From Eutreptiella sp. 'Long Island Sound 2002' (Eukaryota > Protista > Euglenida), in NCBI GenBank assembly GCA_964036045.1, contig OZ038378.1:193130001-193194000 (forward strand): a DNA stretch of 64,000 nucleotides, written 5' to 3'. This document shows, in pieces, positions 12,095 to 24,722 of this stretch. The notes below the pieces were generated by a model. That model did not search any database and had not been told where the DNA came from. It saw nothing but the letters and a program-made list of their open reading frames with translations. Both the position numbers and the translations under genes were made by a program. Each line of letters begins with the position of its first letter. Within the stretch, counting starts at the first letter, position 1.

Positions 12095-13470
12095 AACTTT
12101 GTTGCTTCGGATGCCCCGTTGAGCGGCTCCGCTGAGAGTTCATGGTTACGACAGCCCGGAGTAACAAATGTACCCAATTTTTAGTACATTCTTGTTTCAT
12201 CAAAACTCTCACGTTCTGCTCCACAAACACGATTCTGTCTCTCGCACAGAGGGTTAGAAGTGTGAGTATAGGGCACACCTGTGGTTATATGGACGTTCAG
12301 AGCGTCCAACACTCGCTTGTACCACCCGGTGTCACTCCGGATGCGTACATCTTCGTCAGAGTGCACCTCCTTAGGTCCATAGGGTTGGAACCATTGTTCA
12401 ACCAAAATTTTCACAGTCTGTTCCCCTGTGATCTTTTTGCTACAGGAGAATGTAGGAGTGAAGCGACTCAAACCTCAGGTGACGACAAGACAACTGTCGT
12501 AGCCACCGAGCCAATGCAGACCGTGGATGAAATCTACGTACAACAGAGAGTTAGCACAATAAGAGATAGTGAGACTTGAGATGAGTCCCCGGTCACTAGA
12601 GTTGCTCGGCTTGCGGGCATGACAGCCACATGAGTCCACTATGGACTGCATTCGCGAGCGTAGTTCAACGCAGGTTAGTCGGGAGTAGAAACACTCCTTG
12701 AAAAAGTCAACAGAGTGGTTACAGCTTGTGTGCCCTGAACCGAGATTGGCCCACTGCAGGCAACCGTCCAGCCGTTCCTCAGGCACAACAATACGGTCCT
12801 CATGGCAGAGGTACTGGTTATCTTTGTACCAACGGTCTGTCTATTAGGCGTGCCTCTAGGCCATCACTAAAGGTTTGGAGTACACGTTGGTGCTCCTCTC
12901 GGTAGTCACTCGGACTCCAACCCTCCAAAACGCCTACAGTACACCTGGACAGGTTCAGCTAGACATCCATACGCCGAAACTCCTCTCTGGCCAACGACTC
13001 CGAGCTCTCACTTAGGAGGAGTGAGTACACCAGAGGTGTCTCAGGATCAGGGAGAGTGCCCTCTTCATCATCCTCCTCGGACCTGATTGAGGTTTTCGAG
13101 ATCCTCTTGAGGAGGTCCAGGCGGGTCCGTCGCTCGATACCCTCAGCCTTAGCCCACAAGACCTGTTGAAGGACCTGCGCATCGTGCTCAGAGACGGGCA
13201 TGTTGTTGGGTGAGGGTTTAGCGCCAGGAACCTTACCTATAGGGCAATTTGAGGGCTGCATTGAGAACACGGCGTGGTCACGAGCCCCATAAAACCCACA
13301 AAATAGCGGTACTTTTCTAATTTGACGGGGTTTCTAGACGCCTTGGCCTTTCGGCGTTCGTACAGATCCCAGAGTATCGAGCAGTTCCCTTCAGAAATTG
13401 ATAAGATTACAACGAGCAATAGCGGCTGCAGCAACGACCGCAGATTGTTGAACTCATGGTTGCGCATGTG
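12095..13470 (-). mobile_element. Decayed Ty3/Gypsy-type LTR-retrotransposon fragment: integrase (zinc-binding region plus DDE core) joined to a gag-like upstream region; no RT/RNase H
   Basis: Minus-strand frames give RWYKDNQYLCHEDRIVVPEERLDGCLQWA..SGHT (Zn-binding region), LYVDFIHGL..GGYDSCLVVT (first D), VHSDEDVRI (second D), SNPLCERQNRV (E) and VEQNVRVLMKQ..WVHLL. Contains stops and frameshifts. Confidence 0.85.
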
Positions 13471-15155
13471 CCATTGAAAGAATTGAGTAAATCCAGAACA
13501 CCTTTATAACTTCGGAATGTTGTTGCTGGTGTTTTACTGCTTCCTACTTGATGTGCTTGTTGCCAGTGATCCAACATGGTAAAGATCCGAACAGGCCAAC
13601 ACATTGAAATCGGATCAATATGTGAATGGTTGTGGTAACAAACATAGGTATGCACAAAGATATGCACACCGGCATGAATGAAAAACGCATATTTGAAAAG
13701 ATGGGCAGCTCTCATATGAAAAATTTGTTCATGCAACATGGGCCTTGCCATGAGTCACTTAAAGGCGAACTCTTTGAAAACAGTCCATATTTTGGGTTGG
13801 TGGCTTGGGCCGTGGCACTTACCATTATAGCTGTATCGCACGCATTATATCTAGTAATTCCTTTTTATTGAGACTAGTACAGTTAGTTATTACAGTACTA
13901 GTACACTTATTCTCCATGCCATAATCCACCGAGGCAGCAAGAGTTATGGTGAAAAATAGAATCAAAACTTGTTAATTCATGTCATGTGGTCAGAATTGCC
14001 AAAAGCATAGAAAACCAAATAGAAAACATAGATAATAATTCACTCCAGTGGGTTTGAGGAGTTCCATGTGTTCTTTGGACCACGGGGCTTCTTCCATTGG
14101 AGTCTGGTAAGATTTCTCAAATGCTGTTCATTTCAGTGATTGGTTTTATCAGCAGAAAATGCAATAAATCACCATTTTTTAGACACATTGTTGGCAAATA
14201 GCGCATACTTGAGGACTCAAAGTCTCAATATTACACTCCTTTTCTAACCCTCCCCTTGTGCTGTGGTGGCCACCATTGTCACATTAAGGGGGGAAGGGGT
14301 ACTTTTCTTTGCCCACAGCATGGGACATCCATGCATTTCAATTAAATAGCCTATAGCCACCCAAACATCGATTCTTGGTGCTGTAGCCATCAGCCATGTG
14401 CCATGGGACTCAACAGGTCAACAAGCCCATTTTGGGTGCCTGGTGATTTCTTGAAATGAACTTTGTGCCTGCGAGAATGCTAAAATTTACTTTCACATTT
14501 TCACATTTTTCACAACAGGAGCACAACAAAAAGCAATCGCAAATCTGATGCTGGTTGTGAGGTTAGACAAGAGGTTAGAACGCAACTCACCCATCTCCTG
14601 ATTCACTTCTGAGGTAATTCCAACCTTAAAGTTAATTATTGCCCATGGAGCGGGTCTTGGGTTCGCTGGGCCTCAACTGGCAATTGGGCGCCACCAGACC
14701 TGTCGGGATGCGCCATTCACATTCCAATATTTGTCTGTGAGCGAGATGGAAGGGCAAACCCTCAATGGATCCCAACTGAGTGTTAGAAAAGACACTCTGT
14801 CTGTGAAAGAGTGGAGAAAATGGGCAAGTTCCCCCGTGGACGCATCTTTGAGGCCTGCTAAAACTTTATCAACTGCTTTAGACCACTTTTGTTCTGTGAT
14901 TCCACCCACCCACCCTCCAACTATGGGCCGCGGGCGGCTGGGGGAGGGGGGAGGCCCCAAAGTCCCTACTGCCACAATGGGGGCGAGCGCAAGTCGCGGC
15001 ATTGCCGATAAACTTCAATTCCTCGGCACTGCAATCCCCGACGCCTGGGCAGCAGACCCAGTGTTGTCTGACCAAAGACTCACTGTTGCCCCATCCCCAT
15101 CGACGAATCTGGTGTGGGTGTCACTATCAGGTCGTCCATAGATGTGTGACGAACG

Positions 15156-15157
<2 letters not shown>

Positions 15158-15205
<48 letters not shown>

Positions 15206-15212
15206 CGCGCGC
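15158..15212. repeat. Compound (GT)n(GC)n microsatellite; alternating purine-pyrimidine, Z-DNA prone
   Basis: About 19 TG units followed by 8 GC units. Confidence 0.95.
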
Positions 15213-15339
15213 ACGCAATGTCTTTCTTTGGCAAAGCGTGAGTCAGCGTGTGTAGAACTTGCTTAGAGCAGCTCATTCGAACCTGTTTAGAACAGAGCAC
15301 TCAACAGCGCAAAGGCAATAGGAAAATCCCACAATTAAT

Positions 15340-15640
15340 ACCAACACCACATGCCATAATACCAACGACCTGTGCCATAATACCAACACCCCATGCCAAA
15401 AAACCAAGACCCATGACAGAATATGAACACGCCTTGGCACAACACCCCATGACATAATATGAACACCCTATGCCATACCCCATGCCATAATACCAACGCC
15501 CCGTGCTATACTAGCAACACCGGATGCCATACTACCAACACCCCGTGTCACAATACCAACACCGCATGACGTAACACCAACACCCAATGCAATAATGCCA
15601 ACACCCCAGGCCATAGTTTCAACAGCGCATGCCATAATAC
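15340..15640. repeat. Degenerate minisatellite of about 21 bp (ATGCCATAATACCAACACCCC-like)
   Basis: Repeated CCATAATACCAAC / ATACCAACACC motifs. Confidence 0.8.
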
Positions 15641-16897
15641 AGATCACTTGCACCGAAAACCGCACCCATAGACTGTTAGCAATTGGAAGTGCACCTCGGT
15701 GCCACATATCCTTGTCCCTCACCATTGCAGCTAATTGGTCCATTACCATTGTTGCATTCAAAACAAACAATTCCGAATTGACCTCTGACTTGATACATCA
15801 CGTCCAGGTTGTCACCAACATCAGCTATCATCATGGTCACTGTGCGTACTTCTGAACAAGGCCCCCTCAGCGCGCACACTGCGTGGGTGACAACTACAGT
15901 GCCTGTCAGCATCTCCTTGTCATTTGTTTTCCCCCACACAGCGTCCAAACTGCACAATGAGCATGTGGACTGTACAAATCCTAAAGTTTTGCGGAATCAC
16001 CCGTGGTCCTTTCCATTTGCAACTCTTAGCATTTTGCCTGTGATGTCGCTCGTGGTGCGCTCCCGGTGCCATTGATCAGGTGGTTTCTGATTGTTCCATG
16101 CTTGGGTTGAGGGGTGGTGGGCTCAGGAGCCTGAGTGCTAACCATCGGTGGCATGCTGCATTTCTGGCATTTTGCCCATGGTGTTACCAGTGCAGTGTGC
16201 TGCCTGTGACAGCAGGCCCGGTCGGAGGAACTGCTCTGGGGTAAACAGGCGAGACCTCTCTGTGCTTCTGCAGTGTGCAATGGGATGATAAGAGATGTGG
16301 CAGAGGTCTGTGCAGTGCTCGGATTGTTTTGTACGGTGGGGTCAGTGGTCAAGGGTGCTCTGCCTTAGCTCTGCCTTACGGGCTTTCAATGACAAAAACT
16401 TTCCTCCAGAAAGTAGTGGCATCATTCCGCCAGCCAGCAGCCGCCACATGAAAGCGGCTTTCAAACGAGCCCCCATCCACGTTGTGACTTCAGGGGCTGT
16501 CAAAATGGCACCCCAATCACGCCAGTCACCATGTTGAAAAAAGGGGTCCACAAACCCCCAAGAACAGACTTCTTCTCCCAGACGGGCTTCATCAAGGTCT
16601 GGATGCTTCAATTTCGACAGCATCGACTGGCTGGGGGTACGTACACTGCCGCTACCTCCTCCGCACCCTCAGCAAGTCCGTTGCAGCCCCAGCAGCCCAC
16701 CAGCTCGACAGCCCAGCCAAAAGCATCCTCCATCTCCATCCTCTGATCTCAACACCCCTGACATCAGCTCTCGCAACCGTCACCAACCGGTTTTACAGGC
16801 GCTCGCTGCACTACCCCGTGGCTGCCCTCTCCTTCAAACGCAGGCCTGGGGTCGGGTGGGGGGGGGGAGGGGGCGTCGGCTACACAGACCGGCCGCG

Positions 16898-17525
16898 TCA
16901 GAACTTCAGCGGGGGGTCCTCGGGCTTCTGAGAAGGCCCAGCGGAGGGCGCGGAGCCCAGACCAAGTGTCCACAAGTAGTCGACCCGATGTGCACTCCCC
17001 TCCACTTGGAACTCGTACTGCACCGCAAACGTGACCGACAGGCCCCCGGCGCCCGCAGTAGCGCCCGCTTTCTCTGGAGCGACCCGCAGCCGGAGGATGG
17101 CCTTGTGGTGCCACTGCATCACGACCCCAGTGCGCGCGCCCGCGCCGGCCCCGACTGCCGCCTGCGCAGCGCCCCCGGAACCCGGGGACCGTGCGCCACC
17201 GGCGCCGCAATCCTCCGCCGCCGCGTCGGGCGTGACAGGCAGAGAGTTGGACGCGTCGTCGTCTCGCGCGGCTTCGTCGCAGGCCCCCAGCTCTATGCCC
17301 CTGGCGCTCAGCGCGGCTCTGCAGCGCGCGGTGCTCACAACGCGGAGGGCCCGGATCACGGAGGGGAGTTCGTTGGGGTTGCTCGCCAGGAGGTGCACTG
17401 GGGTCTCCCTGCCCTCCACCCACTCCGGGATGCCGGACACAATGCGGAACGCAGGCAGGAACTGCGTGGCGCAGTGGTTGATTTGGTGGCGCACGCTCGG
17501 AGGCTTCTCGGGTTTCAGCAGCACC
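16898..17525 (-). CDS. DCTN4: Dynactin subunit 4 (p62), exon 4 (terminal)
   Basis: Acceptor cattcag|G. RVLLKPEKP…ATQFLPAFRIV matches p62 KPE…A…P, followed by a beta-sandwich-like C terminus. The four exons total 1392 nt = 463 aa plus stop. Confidence 0.88.
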
Positions 17526-17796
17526 CTGAATGCGGCGGTGGGTTGGGAGGCGAGAGGGAGGCCCTTGGGGGCAAAGAGGGAGGCACGTTGGGGGCGAAAC
17601 GGCATAACAACGCCAAACCGACAGTTTTGGTCTTCCGCAGTTTTCGACGGGGAAAATACCGCCAAACCGACGGGAAAGCAACGCGAAACCGACGGGAAAA
17701 CAACACACGTCGGTTACGTACGTACGCAGGCACTGAAGGCAGCCATCCGACCACTAGGGGCGGTTGTCCACCCGCTTGGGCTGCCCTGGGACGCAC

Positions 17797-17969
17797 CTGT
17801 CCTTGTATCTCAGAGCACAACGTGTGAGCAGGCGCTTGCGGGTGGGCCACGTCGAAGCCGGGTCCCGCTGTGTGCCGCCATGGGGTAGGACCAGGTGCTG
17901 AAGGCCTGGCAACGCGTGGAAACGTTCCGGGCTCTGGCTCGCAGGACCGCGGTGTTGAGTAGGCGGCGC
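17797..17969 (-). CDS. DCTN4: Dynactin subunit 4 (p62), exon 3
   Basis: Acceptor gctttccaag|. Encodes …WPTRKRLLTRCALRYKD, matching the p62 L.P....L..K.S.R region. Donor GACAG|gtgcgt. 173 bp, phase 0 to 2. Confidence 0.82.
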
Positions 17970-18401
17970 CTTGGAAAGCAACGACGCAAAAGACACGCTG
18001 GGACATGGTGGCTTTCCGGCCACAAGGACATCAATGCCTGACCGAGCCTGGGAGAAGGCGAGTGGGAGAGGTGGTCGGGAGGTGCTGGTCCCTAACCTCC
18101 ATTGGCGGGGGTATGGGCATTCCCTCAGGTTCTCCTCCTGTCATCATACCCGCCCAAGGGTCCCGAAGGGGGAGGGGGCAGGGGTCCCTGATACCCCAAC
18201 TCAAACGGGGTGTCATGGCAGGTGGCGTGGAATGACCACGAACCCAATTCCCGCTGGTTCCGCCAGGAGAGCAAACCCACAGAATTGTGCATTTTGTGGC
18301 GGCCCCTTCGCGACCCCTGACCCGACCCCAAGATGATCCCCATGACACGCTGATCTTTTGGAGGTGTGTGTCATGTTTTCTTTTCCAACGAGTAGTAAGG
18401 G

Positions 18402-18508
18402 ACTGCAGTGCACTGATGCAGTGCACAGTGTCAGTGCAGTGCAGTGCAGTGCAGTGCACAGTGCCATGTAGTGCAGCGCAGTGTAGTGCAGTGGCGCACA
18501 GTGCAGAG
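18402..18508. repeat. (CAGTG)n-type pentanucleotide repeat in DCTN4 intron 2
   Basis: GTGCAGTGCAGTGCAGTGCA… with degenerate flanks. Confidence 0.8.
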
Positions 18509-18671
18509 AAGAAAAACCAGGTCCAAACCCCATAACCGCCAGGAAACTGCAACAAACTTAAACAAATGAATACTGAACCAGCAACGAGCCCATGCAGTTC
18601 CATGACACCTTGGCACACGCGCCATGGCAAAACCACCTGCCAAGGGCAAGTGCAGTGAGGGTTTGAGTCAC

Positions 18672-18837
18672 CTCCGTGGACGGAACAGTACGTGCCACAC
18701 GCTTCACCTCAGGAGCAGGGTCGAACACCTTCGCAGCTTCGCCCTTGGGCCTCGCCTGCTTCTGCTTCTCCAGAAGCCGCTTCCGCTCTTTCGGCCCTTG
18801 TCTTTGTGCATCTAAAATCTGGGACGCGGCTTGTTCT
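18672..18837 (-). CDS. DCTN4: Dynactin subunit 4 (p62), exon 2
   Basis: Acceptor tttttgcag|A completes the phase-2 Arg codon. Helical charged segment EQAASQILDAQRQGPKERKRLLEKQK. Donor GAG|gtgact, phase 0. Confidence 0.8.
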
Positions 18838-18914
18838 CTGCAAAAAACGAAACGATCAAGCAACACAACCCCAACTTCCCTAACACCCAACGGCAAATCG
18901 TAGCGCTGACCATG

Positions 18915-18994
18915 TCCCCATGAGGTCACGTCGCACAGCTGTCATAGCACATGACCTGACCACAGGGTACCGAGTTCGAGTCCTGCATGGGGCA
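18915..18994 (+). mobile_element. tRNA-derived SINE-like element or tRNA pseudogene
   Basis: A-box-like GTCGCACAGCTG, B-box GAGTTCGAGTCC, CCCCATG/CATGGGG terminal stem. A clear homologue lies at 40221-40295 (minus). Confidence 0.6.
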
Positions 18995-19872
18995 TAAATA
19001 ACAAAGCTAAGCCGTCCCAGGTGCTAGGGTGTCTGGTTCATGTTGATTAGGCTGCACAAGACCTGGTGCAGGAGGCGGCTGCGTCAAGACCACATTTGGT
19101 GCCGCACCGAAATCCGCTTCCCAAAGCGTCCATGTTTCGGTTTGTGTGCACAAAACTGTGGCGTGGACGCACTGGTCAGGGGGTTGTCCAGAAGCGACGT
19201 GAGATACCGGAGGGATCCTAGTCATGCACAAAGTCTTGTACACATGCGCCAACACGGGCCTTACTGAGGCGACCTGCGCAATGCCATACGGACGCGCCAG
19301 CAAGCTGGTTTCAAATGCACGGGGGTGCCTCAGCAGAAGGGGGTATCGGCCTTGCTGGTTCGCCTTCATGGCCACAATCATGGTTCACTGCTGCAACAGT
19401 TGTTAGCCTTTGAGTTGCTATGCACATTTCAGGTCCCATAGGGCGGTGTGTCCACAGTGCGCCCATCATACTGGTACAATAGAAATGACATGGCCTTCTA
19501 CCACAGTGGTTGAGTGTTATCAGCGCCTTCATGGCCTCCCCCCTTCCCCTCCCGCAGCACCAGTCCCTCCACCTCCACCTCCAGCTGCGCCCTCTCTGAC
19601 CCTCAGGCCCCCAAAGTGCGCTTTTGCTCCCCCTCCAAATAGACTCAAACAACCCCAATCAAGACAAAGGGGGAATACCTGCACCGCGCATGAACCGCGC
19701 CTGCACTGCCCGCGCACCACGTGATGTGTTGGGACAGTACAGATTTGTGCATGCTCGTTGAAAATAATTGCAGGCGCCTGGGTGCTTGGTGTTCATTTTT
19801 GAAACCTTTTTGATGTTTTCTATCAGGTATGCTAATGCTATTGCTATTGCTATGTTTGCTATTTGCTAACAT

Positions 19873-20698
19873 GAGGAGTACTTGCGCGTGCGCGGCGCGG
19901 TACTTATGCAGCGAGTACACCTGGACCAGCCTCATTTTTACCCCCTCCCAAAATGGTCCCTAATGAGAGCAAATCCATTGGCCACAGGAATTGCATAAAT
20001 ACCCGTCCTTCCCCCAAACATTGCACAATCAAGCGGAGGGTGCATGTTGAGATGTCTGGAAAGGAGCACAATACACTTGCAGACTGAGGCAAACCCCTCA
20101 ATAGCACTGGAAGGTTCAATGAACGCAATCAGAAGTGTCTGCGGGCTGCGGTACAGGTGCTTGGTCATGCCAGATGGCCAAATCTCCGCAGCGCATACAC
20201 AGCATCAGGTGCTTCCCCACCCACCCCCCACTTGGTTGCTGTTATTTCTTGGGGCTTGTGGATGCTTACTGCTAATTTCTGGCGGCTTGTTCATGATTGT
20301 TGTTAATTCTTCATACCTTGTGGCTGGCTAGTTGCTGCTGATTCCTAGTGGCTTTTGGATGGTTGCGATTCGGTGAGCAGGCGCTGTGGGGTGAGATACA
20401 GGGTGACCTTCGGCGTCTGAGTCAGTGCTCATGTATTTGTATTGCCCACACTTGGACGGGGAGATAACAGTGGCAGGCACCCTATCACCATTTGATCGGG
20501 TGTAGGGGACAGCGATGCCCGCAAGAAAGCCATGAAACTGAGTGAAAGGGACATGATTGATACTGTAACAGGTGCACAGTGCAGTATGTGCAATAGTCAC
20601 ACCTTGCACTACACGCACTGCCCTGCAAAATAGGTGGGTAGGTCTCTCGAATAAGCCCAATACACGCACTGCGTGCGCACCGCGTACAGTACTCCCTC
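19873..20698. mobile_element. TIR element of the GGAGTA(C/T) family with decayed internal ORF fragments, in DCTN4 intron 1
   Basis: GAGGAGTACT…AGTACTCCCTC termini with GCGCGTGCGC / GCACCGCG subterminal motifs. Minus-strand fragments GEAPDAVYAAEIWPSGMTKHLY… and MHPPLDCAMFGGRTGIYAIP…. Confidence 0.45.
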
Positions 20699-21064
20699 AA
20701 ACAGGTCACACGAAGGCGCTGGACACCAGCGTACTATACGGCAAGCAACAGCCCCCTCCCACCCGCCCACTTCTGTTCATAGGGCGACAAGGCAATTTCA
20801 ACAACAGAGTAGGACTGCACCAGTTTGGAAATGAAAGTGTACGCATTGCTTGTCCCCAGACGGTGGGTAGGCGATAGTGGGACAGTGATGTGAGGGCCAT
20901 GGGCAGCCATCAGCAGCATGATCCTGATCTCATGCTAGGCATGCTGCTCTCGCAGTGCAACCAGATCAGTGCCGAATGTTGCCTTGAGTTCACCGCCGAA
21001 CTTCGGGTTTCGAATATTTCTTGGGCTGTCGGCGTCAGTGATGTGAGGGTAGAGGGGAATTTAC

Positions 21065-21489
21065 CTTTCCAGATAAAGCTGGTGCAATCTGTCGATCTCT
21101 TGCCCCAAGGGCAACCGCTTTTCTGCCTGAATAACCTGGTTGAACAGGTCTGTGGGGCGTTCCGCACACAGCCCGACGGTCAGCGAGTCCCAGTGGCAGT
21201 AGCCGCAGGCAAAGTGCCACATCTTCCGCTCGTCCTGGATCGTGTGCTGCAGCTGCAGTGTGCAGAGGCACTGCGGGCAGTCAAAGCAGGAGCCGCACCG
21301 GCCCTTGAGATGCAGCTGCTCCCCGGAGGTCAGCTCCTGCAGGCAATGCGCACAGTAGTAGGCGTCCACCTCCTCCTGCAGGTGTGAGCGGGGCACCAGC
21401 CTGCGGTGGTCCACACTGTAGAAGAGCTCATGCAACGGCAGCTGTTGGCCCGGATGGATCCCAAAGGTGCTGGTGATGCCATGGGGCAT
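21065..21489 (-). CDS. DCTN4: Dynactin subunit 4 (p62), exon 1 of 4
   Basis: MPHG…LPLHELFYS…EEVDAYYCAHCL…RCGSCFDCPQC…FACGYCHWDS matches the p62 N-terminal zinc module. Donor GAAAG|gtaa, phase 2. Confidence 0.92.
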
Positions 21490-24400
21490 CGAGACTGCAC
21501 AGCCCTGGGGTCACGTACAGGGGCCAGCCACAGGGGACTCTCAAGAGAGCTCCTACGGAGGGCAGACCATCTGGGGAACTGACCGATGTGGCATGTGCAG
21601 AGTCCGGAAGCTGAACAATACAACACAGGGGCCTTTGGCAACCACCCCCCTGAAGCTAGGTGTAACGCAATCAGTTGTGGGGTGCAGAGGCTTGGCAGTG
21701 CAGGGTTTCCGCTGCTCGCCGTGTGTGGGTGATTGAGACCTAAGTAGGTGAGCTAAGCAAAGGTGTGGGTGGATTCTTTGGGAAAGGTACCCCTGTGTAA
21801 CACCGCCACTTCCCAAGCGCGATTGGATTGCAACCACTCAAACGCAAATAGCCTCAAAGAGGAGCGGGAAGGAGGGACGGTGTAAATTGGTGTGTGAAAT
21901 ACGCACTGCAAAAAAGCGCGTGTGTGGCGGCCGGGGGGGGGGGGGGGCAAGGCAATGCAGCATCATCGAGCAGGACTGCACCAGGGCATCTCAGCATTCT
22001 TGCATGCAGCTGCTCCATCCCATTGGAATCCACACTCCCAACAGCTCACCCAACTGCGAGGCGATCAGGATCTCCTGCACAACTGCACAGCTGTGCAGGC
22101 CTGCGCCCTCAACACCTGATTGACATTTATTAGGCCTGGATCGCTTGACACGAGACTCAGAAAACCCACTTCGCAACCTGCACCCTTGTTGCCAAAGCTC
22201 CACAAAACCGGAGAAAAAGGGGGCACGTTTGAATGCTCGTGCACGGCGCAAGCACAGTGCAATTCAATGCGGCACGCAGTGCACATGTTTCCCTCGTGGG
22301 TGCCGGAATTTTGTGGGACCGCCTGTCAGCGCTGGCAGGGGAGTGCCCACCGCTAGGGCAGACTGCTGCAATGATGAGCAGGGCAGCAGACATTCCACTC
22401 TCACCCACAAAACTTAGGCCCACACTCCCAACCCCTCCAAACGCACACCTGGTCAGTACAGAACGTGTGGGAAGAGTTCCGGTCCAGGTTGGATGACGAC
22501 CTGTTGGGGGACTCTCCCCTGACCTGGGGTGCATCGGAGGGGTTGGAGACAGAGAGGACAGTTCCATCAGTGGTGGTCAGTGGTAGCTGTGGTGGCCCGA
22601 GGGGTTGGCATCCGATACTAAGGCCTCTACTCTACCTCCTCAACAAGGCACTGGTGGTTATACCTGTTGTGGGTGTTTCCAGCGGTACTTCCTCCAAAGG
22701 GGGTTCGTCATGAAGGTTCAGCAAGTCAGCCGGTTGGTACGTATGCACTGGTTTGGAATTTAGGGGGAAACGGTCCCAAGCCACTTGGGAAAAGTGTTTT
22801 TGGAGGTGAGAGTGGGAAATTCGTCCCTCTGCTCTGTTGCTTCTGCCCCTTGGAGTGCCTCCCATGCTGGCACTGGCATGATTCGCATCCAGCCATTATC
22901 AGGATGGTGAAGTTTGGTGCATGCTCCCTACCACAACGAGGTTGGACCCCCCGGTATGAACATGGGGAATCACCCCATGACGAGTACATCCACTTCTCTC
23001 CGCTTTGGAGTCCCCCAATTTGACACAGGTTGCATTGCTATTTCACTTTCCCCCAAGATAGAGGGCACATAGCCAAAATTGCAATTGGGAAAACTTGGCC
23101 TGTATGTCGCGCTTGGATCGTTCCCATGATGCTTATATGTGGAATGTTGCACGTTGCCCACAACTATTTGCGTGCTGTGGTGATGAGATTTGGTGGCCTG
23201 AATAATTGTAACCTTGCAATCATAATTTCCACTTCCCCTACTTTTGTCACACGAAATCAATAGCATGCCTGTATGCCTGTTGGATCTTTGTCAAATGAAC
23301 TATTTGATCCCGCCTAAGCCCAACAAGAAGATAATGATGTGCATGGCTTCTATTGTGCAAGGCTGGAGCACCTCTTTGCCTGCATGTGGCAATGGAGGAT
23401 CGTCCACAAAGGGTGGGTTTTGGCCCAGAGTTAGATGGCCATGTATGTATTTTGCTACACCTCAGCCAATTTTGTATCCAAAGGCGCCTTAGTCACCCCT
23501 CCTTTGTAGGGACAAAGGATGTGAGAAAGTAACACAGGGCCAGAGACCCCCGGATCATCAAGTGTTACACATCCATCAAGTGCAGAATTTTCGGACATTT
23601 TTCCGTTTTGGGGAAAATGAGGGTGGCATTTGGCGGCGGGTGATAATAACGAAGGGACCCACCTACAAATGAAAACAAGGGGGTTGTGTGGCTTGCGCAG
23701 AAGCCACACCTTTTCGGGCTCCACCCGCCACAGAGGGAAATATTTGGGCGTCATCCATAAGGGCATCAAGGCATAAGAGAAAGTCTTGCTTGAGGGTAGG
23801 ATCATGCCGAACATTTGAAGCCGTCATCGTGGCCCCCACCTTCCAAGCCACACTACCTCCCACAGCCATCCCATAAATTTTGGGGCCTGTTTGTGCACTA
23901 TGTGGGCACTATGCGTGCTTATGTAGCAAAACCCACCAAAACGGAAACCCACCCTAAACCACCAACCACCCCTGTTGTCATGTTCTTCTTCCACCGCAGA
24001 GGCTCCGTCCTCTGCCCATACGGACTTAGGTATATGATCCAAGGTCCATGGGGCTGATTCCTTGTCTGCGCAAAGGAGTGATATGGTTGCAAAGCAGTTG
24101 TGTGTGTGCTGCATGGGCCAAACCCCCCTTCTAAACCCCGTTTCGCGCCAATTCCAATGAAATGCATGTCATCTCTCGGGGCGATTTGCATCCTTAAAAA
24201 AACCTGGTAGCTTATGAGAAAAGGCCAAACTAGGGTTCAAGTAGTTGCCCACATACAAAACTTGTACCCCCCTTGTCCACCCCCCAGGTGTGCGATGGTC
24301 CCCCACTACCCCCCAGGGAACCATTTCCAACTGACGATTCCCCGAGGGGCAGGGGAGCCACACTGTCACCGTACACGAGCACTGGACTGCACAGAAAACT

Positions 24401-24722
24401 GGTGCAAACAATTGAAATTTACACAATGGCAAGTGGAGGAAGGAATGCACTACAAGAAGAGCGTGCACGCCTTCCATTGGCTGTCAATGTGCCATGATTT
24501 AGTCCCTTACTCGTTCAGTGTGAACATTCTCGGTCCTGGTCCACTTTGAATTCGAACATGTCCGCCACTCCGTACAGGAATATTGCCTGTTGCTGTACCC
24601 GGTTCGATGATCATTTTTTCACAATTTCCTTGGTTCTTAGGTCCTCCAGAGGTCCAATGTACTGTGAGGAATGGTTCAGACAGTAGAGAAAAGGTCTGGT
24701 GACCGAGGAAGCAACACTACAA

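Noticed and set aside
16342-16623. Protein-like minus-strand ORF just downstream of DCTN4
   Set aside because: No motif, convincing splice context or second copy was found; it cannot be supported as a gene.
16764-17888. Long overlapping ORFs (16764-17708 minus, 16856-17827 plus, 17031-17888 plus)
   Set aside because: Shadow frames of the GC-rich DCTN4 exon 4; no recognisable motifs.
22771-22782. Twister ribozyme loop motif CGGTCCCAAGCC
   Set aside because: The closing P4 stem cannot pair (ACGG/CACT) and the upstream TAA cleavage context is absent.
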